Source: Antedon mediterranea
Lineage: Eukaryota > Animalia > Echinodermata
NCBI RefSeq assembly: GCF_964355755.1
Contig: NC_092672.1
Coordinates: 12,152,001-12,216,000 of the forward strand
Length of the DNA stretch: 64,000 nt
Direction of reading: 5' to 3'
Shown: positions 1-13,386 of the stretch, piece after piece
How the letters are laid out: every line of letters starts with the position of its first letter
How positions within the stretch are numbered: position 1 is the stretch's first letter
Translations under genes and position numbers: made by a program
Notes under the pieces: generated by a model
Seen by the model: only the letters and a program-made list of their open reading frames with translations
What the model was told of the DNA's origin: nothing
The model's database searches: none

Positions 1-1244
1 TCTATAAATATCGACCTTTAGGTGGCCAAGTCAAAAAAATAGATTTTCTTTCAAATTTACACAATGAAAGAGGTTTGGTTGAAACATGCAGATAACATTA
101 TTTTTGAAACCTGTATCTTGTTGCCATAGTAACGGCCATTTTAAAAATGACAGCATTTTCTTGCAATTTTTCCTATTATTTCTCTGTCATATAAACGTTG
201 ATTTCATTTGAACGTTGACCTCTTACACGGTTTGTTGAAATTTAATTTAATTTTTAATAAAAAATGATGACTTATAAACAAACTGAAAGCAAAAAAAATG
301 TTGGTTGGGCATGGGAATGGATCGTACCATTTATTTTCAATAGAGGTGTTTTTACTTGTGCTAAAAATCCAATTTTGGCCAAAGTTTGGAGCTTCACAAC
401 ATCTATAGTAACAGTTGAATTGCGAAACCGAAATTTAGAGTAGACATTACTCTTTACATTGACATAATATAAATAATTAAAGGTTTGTACAAGAAAAACT
501 GTATTTATAGCTATTTTTGATCATACCCAAAATTGTTTAATAATCTAGAACTCAGTGTTTTGTTAACTTGTGTTTATATATATTAATGAATATATTCATA
601 GCTATAAACATGTGCATAACGATGCTTAAATGAATCAGAGTATAGACCTATCATATACAGTATTATATATACTAGATGGTACCTAGGTGTCCACAGATGG
701 TTCTCGAATACACAGTAGTTTCAGCGTAAAAAACTGTCGATTTCAAATGTACGAACCGCAGGACTATTCAATTCAATTCAAAATTCTTTAATCATCCCAC
801 ACGGGGCAATTCATATAAAAAGGTCTGGATAAATAAATACACATAAATACATTGTCGTTTTCAGAAACGAATAAATAGACACGATGATTAGTGTAGTCAA
901 CTAAAATTAGCACCTGAGAATTAGGCCTGCTTCCGAAGGAGAAACTTGTCTTAAAAATGAGTCAACATTTTTTATTTGAACTCATTTAAACAAACCCAAT
1001 TTGTGTTTTGTATATAACATTAGAGTTGAGGGATGGGGAAGAGGATGGGAAGAACAATTGTTAAATATATATTCTTTATCCACTCAGTAACGAAATATTG
1101 TTTTAAATGTTTTATAGACCTATCAATAATATACCACTAAACACAGTAAAACATTTACGATTTTATAGTTTTTAAAACTGTCCCTGTTATAGTCGATTGA
1201 AATAGTAAAGTACATGTATACGATACACCACTACGACGTTTATA

Positions 1245-1358
1245 TTTTTAGTCGCGTGGACGCGACTCTATAGTTCACTATGTCGGTCGGTCGGTCTGTC
1301 TGTCGGTCCGGTATCACTATGCGTTTTAGCACGCGACTTATGGCTGTTGACCTTGTTT
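1245..1358 (+). mobile_element. Short HINE/DINE-1-like (Helentron-associated) element
   Basis: T-rich insertion site, subterminal inverted repeat tagtcgcgtg/cacgcgactta, hairpin gtcgcgtggacgcgac, (GTCG/GTCT)n microsatellite. Confidence 0.7.
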
Positions 1359-1369
1359 ATAATTATTAA

Positions 1370-1991
1370 AGCCCCCTTCCCTACGTTTTTTAGATCTAAT
1401 TTAAGATCACAAACTATATTTAATGTAAAAATAATACTATATTTATTACGATAACTTTTTTCGTCTTTAAACGGTTAAAAATGTGAAAAATATTTCGATT
1501 CTAATAATTATAGCGGCCCGCTATAAATCCCAAAATGCATTGCGCGCGGATTGATATTTTTGTTTTTCACCTGTAATTCGCCCACTTTTCGATCGATCGT
1601 GAGGCCAAAACAAATGGAAGATTCCTAACTTTTCAGCGAAAAAACCGGGTTTTCCCCAATTTGTATCAACGGAGTCTGGCAAAAATAGAAAGACAATTAA
1701 TGCAGCAACTATACAACGTCAGGCTAGGTATATAGCTAGCGTATGATGTTCGTACGTTACCGATGTTTACCAGCTAGGCCTACAAAACTAAGCCTAGCTA
1801 GGCTAGGCCTAAGACCGTCCACGAGAGGTCGATCGCCGCGAGCTACTTAGGTAGTGCATTGTTTCTCACTTTTTATCATAATTTACCATAAAACGTACAT
1901 TTAAGACAAGGAATGACATGGTTTAATGTTTTTAAAGTGATATATATGTATTATTTTCCAAAAAACGTCCAACATTGCAGGGAAGGGGTCT
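1370..1991. mobile_element. Kolobok-like MITE
   Basis: Imperfect TIR agcccccttccctac / gcagggaaggggtct, flanked by TTAA on both sides. Confidence 0.65.
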
Positions 1992-2625
1992 TTAATTAAT
2001 ACAAACGTTGAGAAGCAACTGTCAGTAATAAAGTTTTTATTTGTATATTATGTGTGTATACATCCAGCAGTAGGCCTACCCACAGTCACAGTAATAAATG
2101 TTTGTTGTATATGTGTTTAATGGCGACCAAATGGTTAATACCTATTTACAACATTGTCAAAGTATTGCAATGTTTATTCTTCAAGGGCCCATAAATGTAC
2201 CTACAGTACTTGTGTTAAACCAAGGGCTCATAAATTTACCTACAAACTGGGAGTCTGAGAGATTGGAATGTTCCATTCATCGCAAATCAACACATTGTAT
2301 AAACGTATATTAAATCTATCAAAATAGTATTTTTTTCAGAAAATCGGCCTGTCTTCAACATTATGATACTGTACTCGAGCTGTTCAACCGGTTTTCAGGT
2401 ATTAAAATAAATTATTGTAGGAGGAGATAGGAAAATGCGAAGCATCCTTGTATTATTGTTCTAACCAACTTTATATACCATCGAGTAAACATTCTAGAAA
2501 TAACGCGCGATTTACCGAATTTTGCCTTTACGTACATTTATATATAGATATGAGAATTTTAGATATTAATCATATCTTAAAGATAATATTTACATGTTTT
2601 AGATACGGAAATGGTCATTATTTAA

Positions 2626-2949
2626 AGATGTATTGTACCCCTGAAAACATATTTTTTTACATTTTTTTGTTGATTATGCTATTTTAATATCATATAATAG
2701 TTATCCACTTTTACCAAACTTGGATCGAAAAAAAAATTATTTACCTGAAAAAAACTCTAATTTAAAGCAAACAAGTCAAATTGGCTGCCAGCCAATGGAT
2801 TTTTCGTTTGGTGTCGTTTTAGTGAAAACATGATTTTTTCTTCCTTTTTTTTCTACGCAATTGATTAACTTGATTAAAACTACAAATAACCTATCAAAGT
2901 CTGATGAAAGTACTCTTCATTTTTTATGTTTTTAGGGGACAATACATCT
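2626..2949. mobile_element. Kolobok-like MITE
   Basis: TIR agatgtattgtacccctgaaaacata / tatgtttttaggggacaatacatct, with TTAA TSD. Confidence 0.65.
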
Positions 2950-3599
2950 TTAAAAAAACTTAACCTTAGTCCTTATGTGACGTCATTAATTATCTAATTA
3001 CAATCAACTTACATCAACATATAGAGACATTGCTTTATACATTGATACCAAAAATTATGAGCAAGGAAAACTGAACTTACAGATATTTGTGTTCCCTACC
3101 CCAAAATTGTCCAAAACTGTGGAACTGATTATGGTATAATTAGAAATGCGTTAAAATCCCACCTTATGGATGAGAATATTTAATGTTAACATCGATTTTG
3201 GTCTTCACTGGATATAGGTAGGCATACAAAAAGATACCAAAAAATGTACGTAGTGTAGACCTCTCATTTACTATGTACTGTATTTTGTTGCCTGTAACCC
3301 GTTTTTTCTTTCACTTCTTCAATGCTCAAAGTTGTGGCCATGTCAAGAACTTTGCTTTCAATATATTTATTTGTAAATATGGTCAAATTAATACATTAAT
3401 GTATAACAATACAGATGTAAACAAAATACATACAATATAATCAATTAATGATAAACAAAAGACCATAAAAAGGGAATCAAGATTAGAAGTAAAAATACTT
3501 GTCTCATAATGACCCCAAATAAAAAACAAACAAAAAGAAACAACAACAAAAAAGAAAAAATACCACTATAAAATGCTAAAAAACTAAAGATTGCGCAAA

Positions 3600-4108
3600 T
3601 AATTATCAGTCATCTGACTGATACTTTGATAAACATTGCATTTTCATATTTCTTCTAAGAAGTTTAATTGATTTAACGTTAATAGTGGCTGTATCTGGTT
3701 ATTCCATTGTGTGGGACCTGAAAAAGTAATGAAAAATTGGCTTTTCCTCAGTCTTACGAAAGGGACAAATAATAAATTAGGTTTCCTTATGTTATATGTA
3801 TGGAGTAATAAACGATTAGAAAAAAACATTGAAATCGATATAGGTAACAAATTATTGACATACTGAAACATAAACGAAGTAACTTGAATTGTGTGAAGGT
3901 CATTAATTTTTACGATGTTTAACTTCTTAAAAAGAGGTTCAGAGGGCGTTCTAAATGGCGAAAAAGTTATTAAGCGAACGACACGTTTTTGTAATATAAG
4001 AATTTTGTGTAGATTTGAAGGGTAATCGGCTGCCCAAATAATGTTGCAATATAATAAATATGGTAGAAAAAACAAATTATATACAAATTGCAACATCTTC
4101 AATGGCAT
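3600..4108 (-). mobile_element. CR1/L2-group LINE ORF2 C-terminal fragment
   Basis: PYLLYCNIIW...LQKRVVRLI...SEPLFKKLNI...HTYNIR...GPTQWN motifs. Confidence 0.85.
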
Positions 4109-4549
4109 TTCGAATGAGAAACGATCTGTACTTGCAAAGAAACAAAGGGGTGAATTATGAATGAGTTCAAAACATGCATCTTCTGTTCAGTCCAAAATTA
4201 ACAAGAATCAGAAATGCCAGTGAAGTAGATTTGCTGTGCCTTATGGTGAAACTAGCTTCGCTTCCTGGCAAAGAAAGACATTTTAGCTTTGAAAGTTTCC
4301 ATAATTATTTTGACGGCGCCAATGATTACAATTTTTATCCATGTATGTTGTAATTTGGATGTACCGTTAAGGAGATGCGGAGCTTCAAAATGGTAGAGTA
4401 AATAGCAGCAATTTTGAATTTATGCTAATTAACCCCCTTCATGATGTCCGATTAAACTTTGGATATGATGTTAAGTTGGACCATACCAACCAGACAAAAC
4501 AAAAAGAAGTCTTGTTGCAATTTGTTCTAGGTGCAACCATACTTATACT

Positions 4550-5130
4550 AGACTATGGTATAAAAAACATTTTTAACTTGCTATGTTAACTAAAAGTCAA
4601 GTTATGAACTAAAATACGTTTAAAATGGCGGCCATCTTGGATTTCAACATGGCGGCTCAAATTGAATATTTACAAATTTAATAACAATATATTTGGAATC
4701 CTCAATATCAAAAACATAGGTATAGAAACCATTTTTAACTTGCTATGATAATTAAAAGTCAAGTCATAAGCAAAAATATGTTTAAAATGGCGGCCATCTT
4801 AAATTTCAACATGGCGGCTGAAATAGAATATTTGCAACTTTAATAACAATATATTTGGAATCTTCAGTATCACAAACATGCATGGGTATAGAAACCATTT
4901 TTAACTTGCTATGTCACTTAAAAATCAAGTTATAAGCAAATATACTTTTAAAATGGCGGCCATCTTGGATTTCAACATGGCGGCTGAAATTGAATATTTA
5001 CAACTTTAATAACAACATATTTGGAATCCTTAGTATCACAAACATGGGTATAGACACCATTTTTAACTTGCTACGTCACTTAAAAGTCAAGTTATAAGCC
5101 AAAATAAGTCTGAAATGGCGGCCATTGTGT
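4550..5130. repeat. Tandem repeat, ~165-170 bp unit x ~3.5, inside an unclassified interspersed repeat
   Basis: Recurring aaaatggcggccatcttggatttcaacatggcggct at ~4622, 4785, 4950 and a partial copy at 5113. Confidence 0.8.
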
Positions 5131-5289
5131 TTTTCACATTTTAAGGGTGAAGATCTAAAAATTGAGCCGGGTAAACAGCAGATTTGAATTCAGCACCCCA
5201 AAATTACCCTAAAACACATGTTTTTTAGCTTTTAACACAAAATGCCTACAGCATCTTATTAAAGTGGAAATAAGACTATCTGGACTAGT

Positions 5290-6648
5290 CTATAAAGAAA
5301 GTAGAATATGTTGAGAAAAAAAATATCTCAGTTTGCTTATAATACCTATTTAGAGATTTTATTAGAAATACGTTTTTGATGCCCAGTCCAATTTAAATTT
5401 TCATGAATTAATACTCCAAGAAATAAAGTTTCGCTCCGTCTTTCTAGCCTTTCACCATTTAGAAAAACATCAACATTTTTGTTTTGCAACTTATGCTTAA
5501 TATGGCGATTATGAAATATAATAAAATTTGTTTTTGAGGTATTAATTAATAGCTTATTTGTTTTGAACCAGTCACTAATCTTGCACAACTCATAATAAAA
5601 TGTATTAAATAACAAATCAATATTATTATTGGAGTAAAATAAAGTAGAGAATTTGTTGCGAACTTCTTTAATTGTGCGAGGTACTTTCGAATTTGCTGCG
5701 GACTTCTTTAATTGTGCGAGGAGCTTTTGATTTTGTTTCAAACTTCTTTAATTGTGCGAGGAGCTTTCGAATTTGTTGCGGACTTCTTTAATTGTGCTTA
5801 GCTCTTCTTTAATTGCGCGTTTCTTCTTTATTTGTGCATTTCGTTTTATATTTTCATGCTTTCTTTTGTTTATATGCGATTCCTTCTTTAATTGTTTGAT
5901 TTCTTCTTTAATTGTGTGATTCCTTCTTTATTTGTGTGATTCCTTCTTTATTTGTGTGAATATGATTTATATAGTGTGCGTGACAGTTGTGGGTCACCGT
6001 AGGTGACTATGTGGTTTTGATGAACAGAAGCAAATATTTCAATAAATGTATCAAAAGAGGATTTAGTATTACAATCATATACATGGGACCAATCAGTTTC
6101 TGAGAGATCAGAACTAAATGAATTTTAATCACGAATGAAATATGAATAATCAATAGTATTAGTGTTGGTTTGTAAATCATAATCAATTATTTAAAAAATT
6201 GCTAAATGATCGGAAATATCGGAAATTATAATACCAGAAACGATTTCAGAATTCATATGATTTGAATAAAAATGATCAATAAGGGTTGCGCTATCTTTTG
6301 TAATTCTTGTTGGTATGGAAATAGGGAAAAAAGAGTTAGATAAGATAACGTTAAGATAATTATTAATTAGATCTTTATTATGAAATTTAATAAGGTCAAT
6401 ATTAAAGTCACCCATTATATTGCAGAATTTATTTTCAGAGCTTATATTGGAAAGCAGTTCATTTATTAATTTTGAGAAATTTTCAATATTTGATTCAGGT
6501 GATTTATAAATAACGCCAATTATAGAATTTTTTTTATTTTTATGAACAATTTCTATAAAGAGGGAATCGCATATTTCATTAGGTAATACTAGAGCATTTC
6601 TTATTTTAAAATTAATTAAGTTATTAACAAAAATGCCGACACCACCTT
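5290..6648 (-). mobile_element. Degraded CR1/L2-group LINE ORF2 fragments (AP endonuclease and post-RT region), interrupted at ~5650-6005
   Basis: GDFNIDL...PTRITKDSATLIDH (endonuclease) and WFKTNKLLINTSKT...FLGVLIHENLNW (RT C-terminus). Confidence 0.82.
5650..5960. repeat. Degenerate minisatellite (ttcttctttaattgtg core)
   Basis: Recurring ~20-40 bp units. Confidence 0.7.
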
Positions 6649-7257
6649 ATTCACAAGATGTTGAAGTGTCTCCTGATTTTTGTTAATCTTCTCCTGGCCA
6701 ACAGAATAGACCACTTTCATTCTAGTGTGCAAGGCTATCAAACAACTTGACATTATCAGACAACTCTGTCCTTTCTTTGTTTTTGCATTTTTAATTAGTT
6801 TAAGGGATTGCCTGTTATATTGTTTGTTTTAACTTAAATACAAAACTCTTCAGTTTGATGCTAAAGGAGTCGCATATATTGCTAGACATGCATTTATAGG
6901 TCGTTGTTATGTTTTGTTTTGTTCACATTCAAGAAACAGAAATAAAGGAGCACCTCGAGTTTTGGACTTGAATAACAAATATCACTCGCATTATTTTTAG
7001 GACAGTCACATTATACATGATCATCAAAATTAAACATGAAGATAACAGTTTCGGAAGATTATTGTTTTAGCAACAACATATTAAAATGTTGAAGAGATTC
7101 TCTGATGCATCGAATCGAGATGCGCGTTCTTAATATGCGCTGAACTATGACGCAAAAGATGAAAATCAAACCTTTTTTATTTAACTGATCATATATGATG
7201 ACGTCACAACATCCGATTGGCAAAATGTTTACATGAATTCGTATTACTCTAGTAGCT

Positions 7258-8463
7258 AGATCAACTTTCGTATGCACTTTGAGGTCCAGAGAATTTGACT
7301 TCGGAAATTGGTTTAGGGTGGTCAAACAATCATTTTTGGCTTGGTTATACATTTTGAAAATGTGGCGAAATGTCAAAAGGTCAGGTGAAAGGTCATAAGA
7401 CCAAACACCAATATGTCTTTAAATCTCAACAACCACTGGTCACAGCGAAGTAATTTTGGTCTTAAATTGATCAGAAGGTATACATTTATATTCAGTCTAA
7501 TGGGACATTTTACTTTAAAATGACCGGAAATGCTATTTCTGACCTTTGACCCACAACCCAGGGCATGTATGTATGTATCTCCGTAACTACTTGTCGTAGA
7601 CACTTGAATTTGGTTTTAAATTGTTCGAAATATATATTTTGTTATTTGTTACACATTTTGAAAAATGTTACAAAAGGTCAAAGGGTCAGGGTCAAGGTTA
7701 TATGAACAAATAAATAAAGGTACAAGTAAATTTTGGTCTCAAAATGTTTAGAAGGCATGCATTTATATTACGTCTAATGGGGCATTTTAGTAAACAATGA
7801 TCAGAAATGCAATTTGTGACCTTTGACCCACATACCAGGGCATCTTCATATCTCTGTAAGTACTGGTCGTAGAAACTTAAATTTGGTATCAAATTGTTCG
7901 AAATATACATATTTACATTCATTGTAATAGAAAATGTGGTTAAAAGATGAACAGAAAAACATATCTCTACACAACTTATCCTTTGACAGTAATGTTATGC
8001 AATAACTGATACTTTTAATTGTTTCAATTTCAAGTACTAGTTATTGCTGTCCACGAGAACATTTTGATATAAACGTCAAGCTCAACAGTTCTTTTCAGAA
8101 TGCTAGAAGTAACTTGCCATGTGTATCCGATTAAAAGCCCCGGGTATTTATTGTTGAAAAGGGTTTTTAGGGGGAGGGGAAGCATCTTTATTTGGGGTAT
8201 AATATGGTAACATGTATAATCAAATAAATACCACCTAGATGTAAAAAAATACAGCACAATTAATACCAAAAAATGATAAAATTATGTCAAAATGCTTGGT
8301 AAATTGTAGATTATGGTAGTTAATGAAATGTGTTGTGATACAATTATTTTGTAAATGCATGTGGCGGAGCGTTTATTCCACATGATGTTCTATTGGAGGG
8401 AATGGTGGTGTTTATTTGAGGGAGGCTTTTATTCAAAGCGGGTGTAAATTCGAATAAATACTC
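7258..8463 (+). repeat. Left arm of an inverted duplication (partner 11455-15765)
   Basis: Reverse complement is colinear with 11455-11489, 13387-13551, 13964-14455 and 15210-15765. Confidence 0.8.
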
Positions 8464-8800
8464 GAGCTCAACAATTAAGAATGCTAGATGTAACTTACCA
8501 TAGTTACCCGAATAAAAGGCTCGGGCATTTATTTATTCAGGGAAGGCGTTTATTTTGTTTGGGTGTAATAATGGTAACATGTATAATCAAATAAATACAA
8601 CCCAGATAAAAAAAAAATTGATTAATATAATAAGAATAATAACTGGATTAAATCTCATTCTATCCTGGTACAAGTACAATCATGTAATAAAATGTATCAG
8701 AGACAACTATAATAGACCAATTCATTGTCATTATTCCGTAACACTGTTGCATAATATTTTTGAATGTTACCGACAAAACTTATACATAATAACTGGTTCT

Positions 8801-10922
8801 AGGACACCTACTGTACCCCCTAGACAGTTACCCCCTAGACAATTACCCCCCGGATGTTTACCACCCGGACAACTACCCCCTTAGGACAACTACCCCCGGA
8901 CAACCACCCCCTTAGGACAACTACCCCCTTAGGATAACTACCCCCCGGGTAACTACCCCCGGGTAACTACCCCCGGTCAACTACCCCCCGGTCAACTATC
9001 CCCCGGTCAACTATCCCCCGGTCAACTACCACCCCCCCCCCCCCCAATTCAAAAGTAGACAAATATATAGGACCGGTTTCTGTAAAAATGAAATCATCTG
9101 TTTTTAACGGGTGTTTCGAAACTAGAGACCCGAGACCAGAGACCTGACACGAGACCCAATATGAAAAGGGAGACCTATATTTGGGTCTCCCTTTTCGTAT
9201 ATTAGGGTCTCCCTTTTCGTATAGTGTGGTCTTTCTTTTCGTATAGTGGGGTCTCCCTTTTCTTATAGTGGGTCTCCCTTTTCGTATATTTGGGTCTCCC
9301 ATTTTGTATATTTAGGTCTCTCTTTTCGTATATTTGGGTCTCCCTTTTCTTATATTTAGGTCTCCCTTTTCGTATATTAGGGTCTCCCTTTTCGTATATT
9401 GGGGTCTCCCTTTTCGTATAGTGGGGTCTCCCTTTTCGTACGTGGGTCTCCCTTTTCGTATATTTAGGTCTCTCTTTTCGTATTGGATCTCGGGTCTCTG
9501 GTCTCGGGTCTCTAGTTTCGAAACACCCGTTTTTAACCGATTATTCTGTTTAACAGCACGCTAGACCCTAGATGTGCTAGATTTAAAGTACCGTATTTAT
9601 TGAAAAAAACGGCCTGGGCTGTTTATTGTTTAGGTGGTTTTTAGGTGTACATTTATTGGAAGAAAGTTGTTTATTCAATGGGAGGGGGTATAATCTAATG
9701 GAAATAGACGCCGATTATTCCATATGATGTTTCATGGGAGTGACATGGTCACCGTTTATTTGAGGGGAATTTATTTAAAGATCGCCGTTTATTCGGTGAG
9801 TGAACATTGAGGTCAAATATCAAAAGTGATATTATTCTTCAAGTGTACAAAAATACATATATGACAAATTTGAGACAAAAATTAATTCTTTTAAGACCAG
9901 TGGTTATCGAAGCAGCATTGTCCTGACGCAACAATTATTATTATTATTAGCGAACCCAGTCTTTACAGTAAATACAGGGATAATACGTTCGACTATCCTA
10001 TGATCATGTGTGACAATCTTCAGTTTATACCAGGCTATATTTATGTTCAATCTTTTACTTTTGTTTACAATAATGAATAGTAATTCGTCAAAGTAACGAA
10101 TTAAAATATAGTTATTAATTCCTATTATACACTGTTGCAGAGTCAGGTTGTTGAATGGTCTGGGTGGTAGTTGTCCGTCCGGGGGGTAGTTGTTCTAAAG
10201 GGATAGTTTTCTGGGTGGTAGTTGTCCAGGGGTTTGTTGTCCTACGAAGGTAGTTGTCCTAAAAAATTATTTGCCCTCGGAGTATTGTCCAGGAGGTAGT
10301 TGTCCTACGGGGAGTATTGTGTCAGAGGTAGTGGTCCGCAGGGTAATTACCCGGGAGGGGGAGGGGTAATTGTCCGGGGGATAGTTGTCCAGGGGTTAGT
10401 TGTCCTACGGAGGTAGTTGTCCTAAAAGATTATTTTCTCTCGGAGTATTGTCCAGGAAGTAGTTGTCCTACGGGGAGTATTGTGTCAGAGGTAGTTGTCC
10501 GCGGGGTAATTACCCGAGGGGGGGGGGGGTAATTCTCCGGGGGTAATTGTTCCTAGGGGTAATTGTTCCTAGGGGTAATTGTCCAGGGGTTAGTTGTCCT
10601 ACGGAGGTAGTTGTCCTAAAAGATTATTTGCCCTCGGAGTATTGTCCAGGAAGTAGTTGTCCTACGGGGAGTATTGTGTCAGAGGTAGTTGGGGGGGGGG
10701 GGAGGTAATTGTCCGGGGGTAATTGTTCATAGGGGGTAATTGTTCCTAGGGGTAATTGTCCGGGGGGTAGTTGTCCAGAGGGTAGTTGTCCTAAGGGGGT
10801 AGTTGTCCTAAGGGGGTAGTTGTCCTAAAGGGGTAGTTGTCCTAAGGGGGTAGTGGTCCAGGTGGTGGTTGTCCGGGGGGTAGTTTTCCGGGGGGTATAT
10901 GTCCAGGGGGTGAATATCCGGA
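8801..10922. repeat. Foldback-like structure: C-rich (ggacaactaccccc)n arm at 8801-9046 and inverted G-rich (ggggtagttgtcc)n arm at ~10160-10922
   Basis: The same 15-17 bp unit in opposite orientations. Confidence 0.7.
9109..9528. mobile_element. MULE-like MITE with an internal ~22-bp tandem array
   Basis: TIR gggtgtttcgaaactagagacccgagaccagagacc; 9-bp TSD gtttttaac (9100-9108, 9529-9537). Confidence 0.75.
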
Positions 10923-11489
10923 TGCGATAATAACTATATGTATAAGTTTTGTTGGTGTATATTATACACGTCTGTTCCCAGTGTAGATAATAAAACAATA
11001 TATGTTTCTGGAGATTTATTATCAATACCACTAGAAACTTTGACATGTTTTAGGTACTGAATGCATTGACAATAAAAGCATCAGAAGTTATCATGATAAA
11101 ATCATACTAAAACACTGTACTACAGTACACAGGGGTGTTTACAGGAAAGCTGCACATATTGTACAATTAGTAATGAAACTATGTATTGGCATTTAAAAAT
11201 ATGCAAAAGATTGTTGTCAAATTGTAGTCACAAACAAACAGATGATAGAATGAAGATCCATTATGAGTGCAATCGTGTCAGGATAATGATATGTCATTGT
11301 TTTATATCATTATACTGGCACCTGGAAGAGAAGATCCATTTACAGTAATATTATCTATGACAGTGTCAATTTCGTTAAAAAGCATAAAGAAGAAAACGAA
11401 TCATGTAAAGTACCTTTTATCAGTTGAGAAACGAATTATAATTATTAAAATTAGAGTATTTATTCGAATTAACACCCGCTTTGAATAAA

Positions 11490-13386
11490 CTAGATGGTAC
11501 GCTCGCTTCGCTCGCGTGTACCATCTAGGTCGTGCCAACAGATGGTTCTCAATACATAATAATGTCAGCGTTAAAAAACTGGCGACTTCAAATGTACGTA
11601 CCGCAGGACAATAATACGTGTCGTTTACAGGAACGAATAAATAGACACTGTGATGTATGTACTCAACTAAAATTAGCACCCTGGGAATTACTTCTGAAAG
11701 AGAAACTTGTCACAAAATGAGACCAATTGTTTAAGTCGAATGTAAACAAACTTAATTTGTGTTTTGTATGTAACATTAGGGTTGAGGGATGAGAAAGAGG
11801 ATGGGTGCAATGAGGAACAATTTTTAAATATATTCTTTATCCATTTAGTAACGAAATATTAATTGAACTTATTCAACCTTATGTTCCTAAGCGGTCTCTG
11901 AGATCTAGATCTGAGTCTCTTCTTCTTGCCCATATATTAATTCATCCTTCCACTAAGTTTTATGGAAATTGTTCATTTTCTTCGGCATCCGTTTCTGTAT
12001 GGAATGCGTTGCCTATTGAAATCCGTCCGGCCACTTCCACCAGTGTCTTCAAATCTCTCCTCAAAACCCACCTTTTTAATTTGTAATTTTCTAAATTGTT
12101 CTGTCTTTGTAAAGCGCATTGAGGCTTTCAGCATAATGCGCTATATCAAGTACCAGTTTTTTATTTTTTATTTATTTTTTTATTTTATATATTTAGGCAA
12201 ATTGCCAAAGATAAACATAAGCAAGTTCAATCACTATCCTTCTTAAAGGTGGCAATCCGTTCACGAGACAAACATATACACACAATGCTCTACATAAACA
12301 AAGTCTTTATTACAAGTCTTTGGGAGTGGAGTTGTAAATTGTCATTAGAAAAAATCCTGAAATATGACAGGACTTGAACCCAGGACCATTGGATTGGTTT
12401 ATATGTGCCTTGAGCACTCTTGAGTGGTATGTGCGCTATAAAAATCATATTATTATTATTATAATTTAAAACAATTTGTGAAAACCACCTCTATTCGGGA
12501 AAAATCATAACTTCGATTTAATCGTCAATAAATATTAAATTATCTAACTCAACTTAAGTAGTAGGCCTAGTGGTTTTCAATTGTTTCTTAGAGCCAATTC
12601 ATACTTAAGTTGGTTCCTACCCTACCCACCAAAGTTGTTCTGCGTTTAGGGGCATGCGATGTACCGTAGGCCTATCCTCTACTGGTTTTACAACGCTACT
12701 CATGCCAGTGAGGGAAGGGTGATGATGTGGGTGGTTTAACTGCAATAATAACGATTTGTACATAATATACAGCGAGTGAATACGCTAGCTCATTATCTGT
12801 TTAAAAAACAATTTATATCCAACCTCTGCAGCACAGATTGAAAAAAAAATGGATCAAATTTCTGTTATGAGTATACAGTACTTGCCTTTACGACGTCTGA
12901 GGGAATAGACACTTGTGGAACAGAGATTGGAATGTTCCATTCATCGCAAATCAATACATTTGTATATTAAATCTATCAAAAAAGTATTTTTTTAAAGAAA
13001 ATCGTCTTCAATATTATGATGCTGTACTCGAGCTGTTCAACCGGTTTTCAGCCATTAAAAACAATTATCGTAGGAGGAGATAGGAAAATGCGAAGCATCC
13101 TCGTATTATCGTCTGCGGTATTTTTCAAGACGGACATCCATTAGACAGTGTATACCACGATCGAAAAACACCCATATTTGGGGCAAATCGTTGAACCTAA
13201 ATTCGTTTTAATCGTCAATAACTAATTATCGAACTCAATTTAATTAGTAAACAGGGAAACAGGGTTACATCAGGTGGTTAAAATCAGTACCGAAAGTACG
13301 AACCAACTTTATATACCATCGAGTAAACATTCTAGAAATAACGCGCGATTTACCGAATTTTGCCCTTACGTAAATTTATATATAGA
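11490..13386 (-). mobile_element. Non-autonomous Helitron, family H copy 2
   Basis: TC...CTAG termini, subterminal hairpin; the empty site is visible in the other inverted arm (~8420-8440). Confidence 0.8.
11865..12160 (+). mobile_element. L2/CR1 LINE 3' end nested in a Helitron
   Basis: YVPKRSLRS...SVWNALPIEIR...FKSLLKTHLF* followed by a tgtaaagcgc...gcgctata stem-loop; a shorter tail of the same family lies at ~35130-35260. Confidence 0.8.

Larger units (their letters stand above)
672..2548 (-). mobile_element. Non-autonomous Helitron, family H copy 1 (internally deleted, with nested insertions)
   Basis: Minus-strand 5'-TCTATATATA...CTAG-3' between A and T; colinear with the copies at 11490 and 42910. 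Confidence 0.72.

Noticed and set aside
6650-6780. Possible coding fragment
   Set aside because: Short, contains stops, and no recognisable domain or splice-consistent partner.
8555-9564. Repetitive ORFs (PPGQLPP, RKGRP, LPFRI)
   Set aside because: These are translations of minisatellite and MITE tandem repeats.
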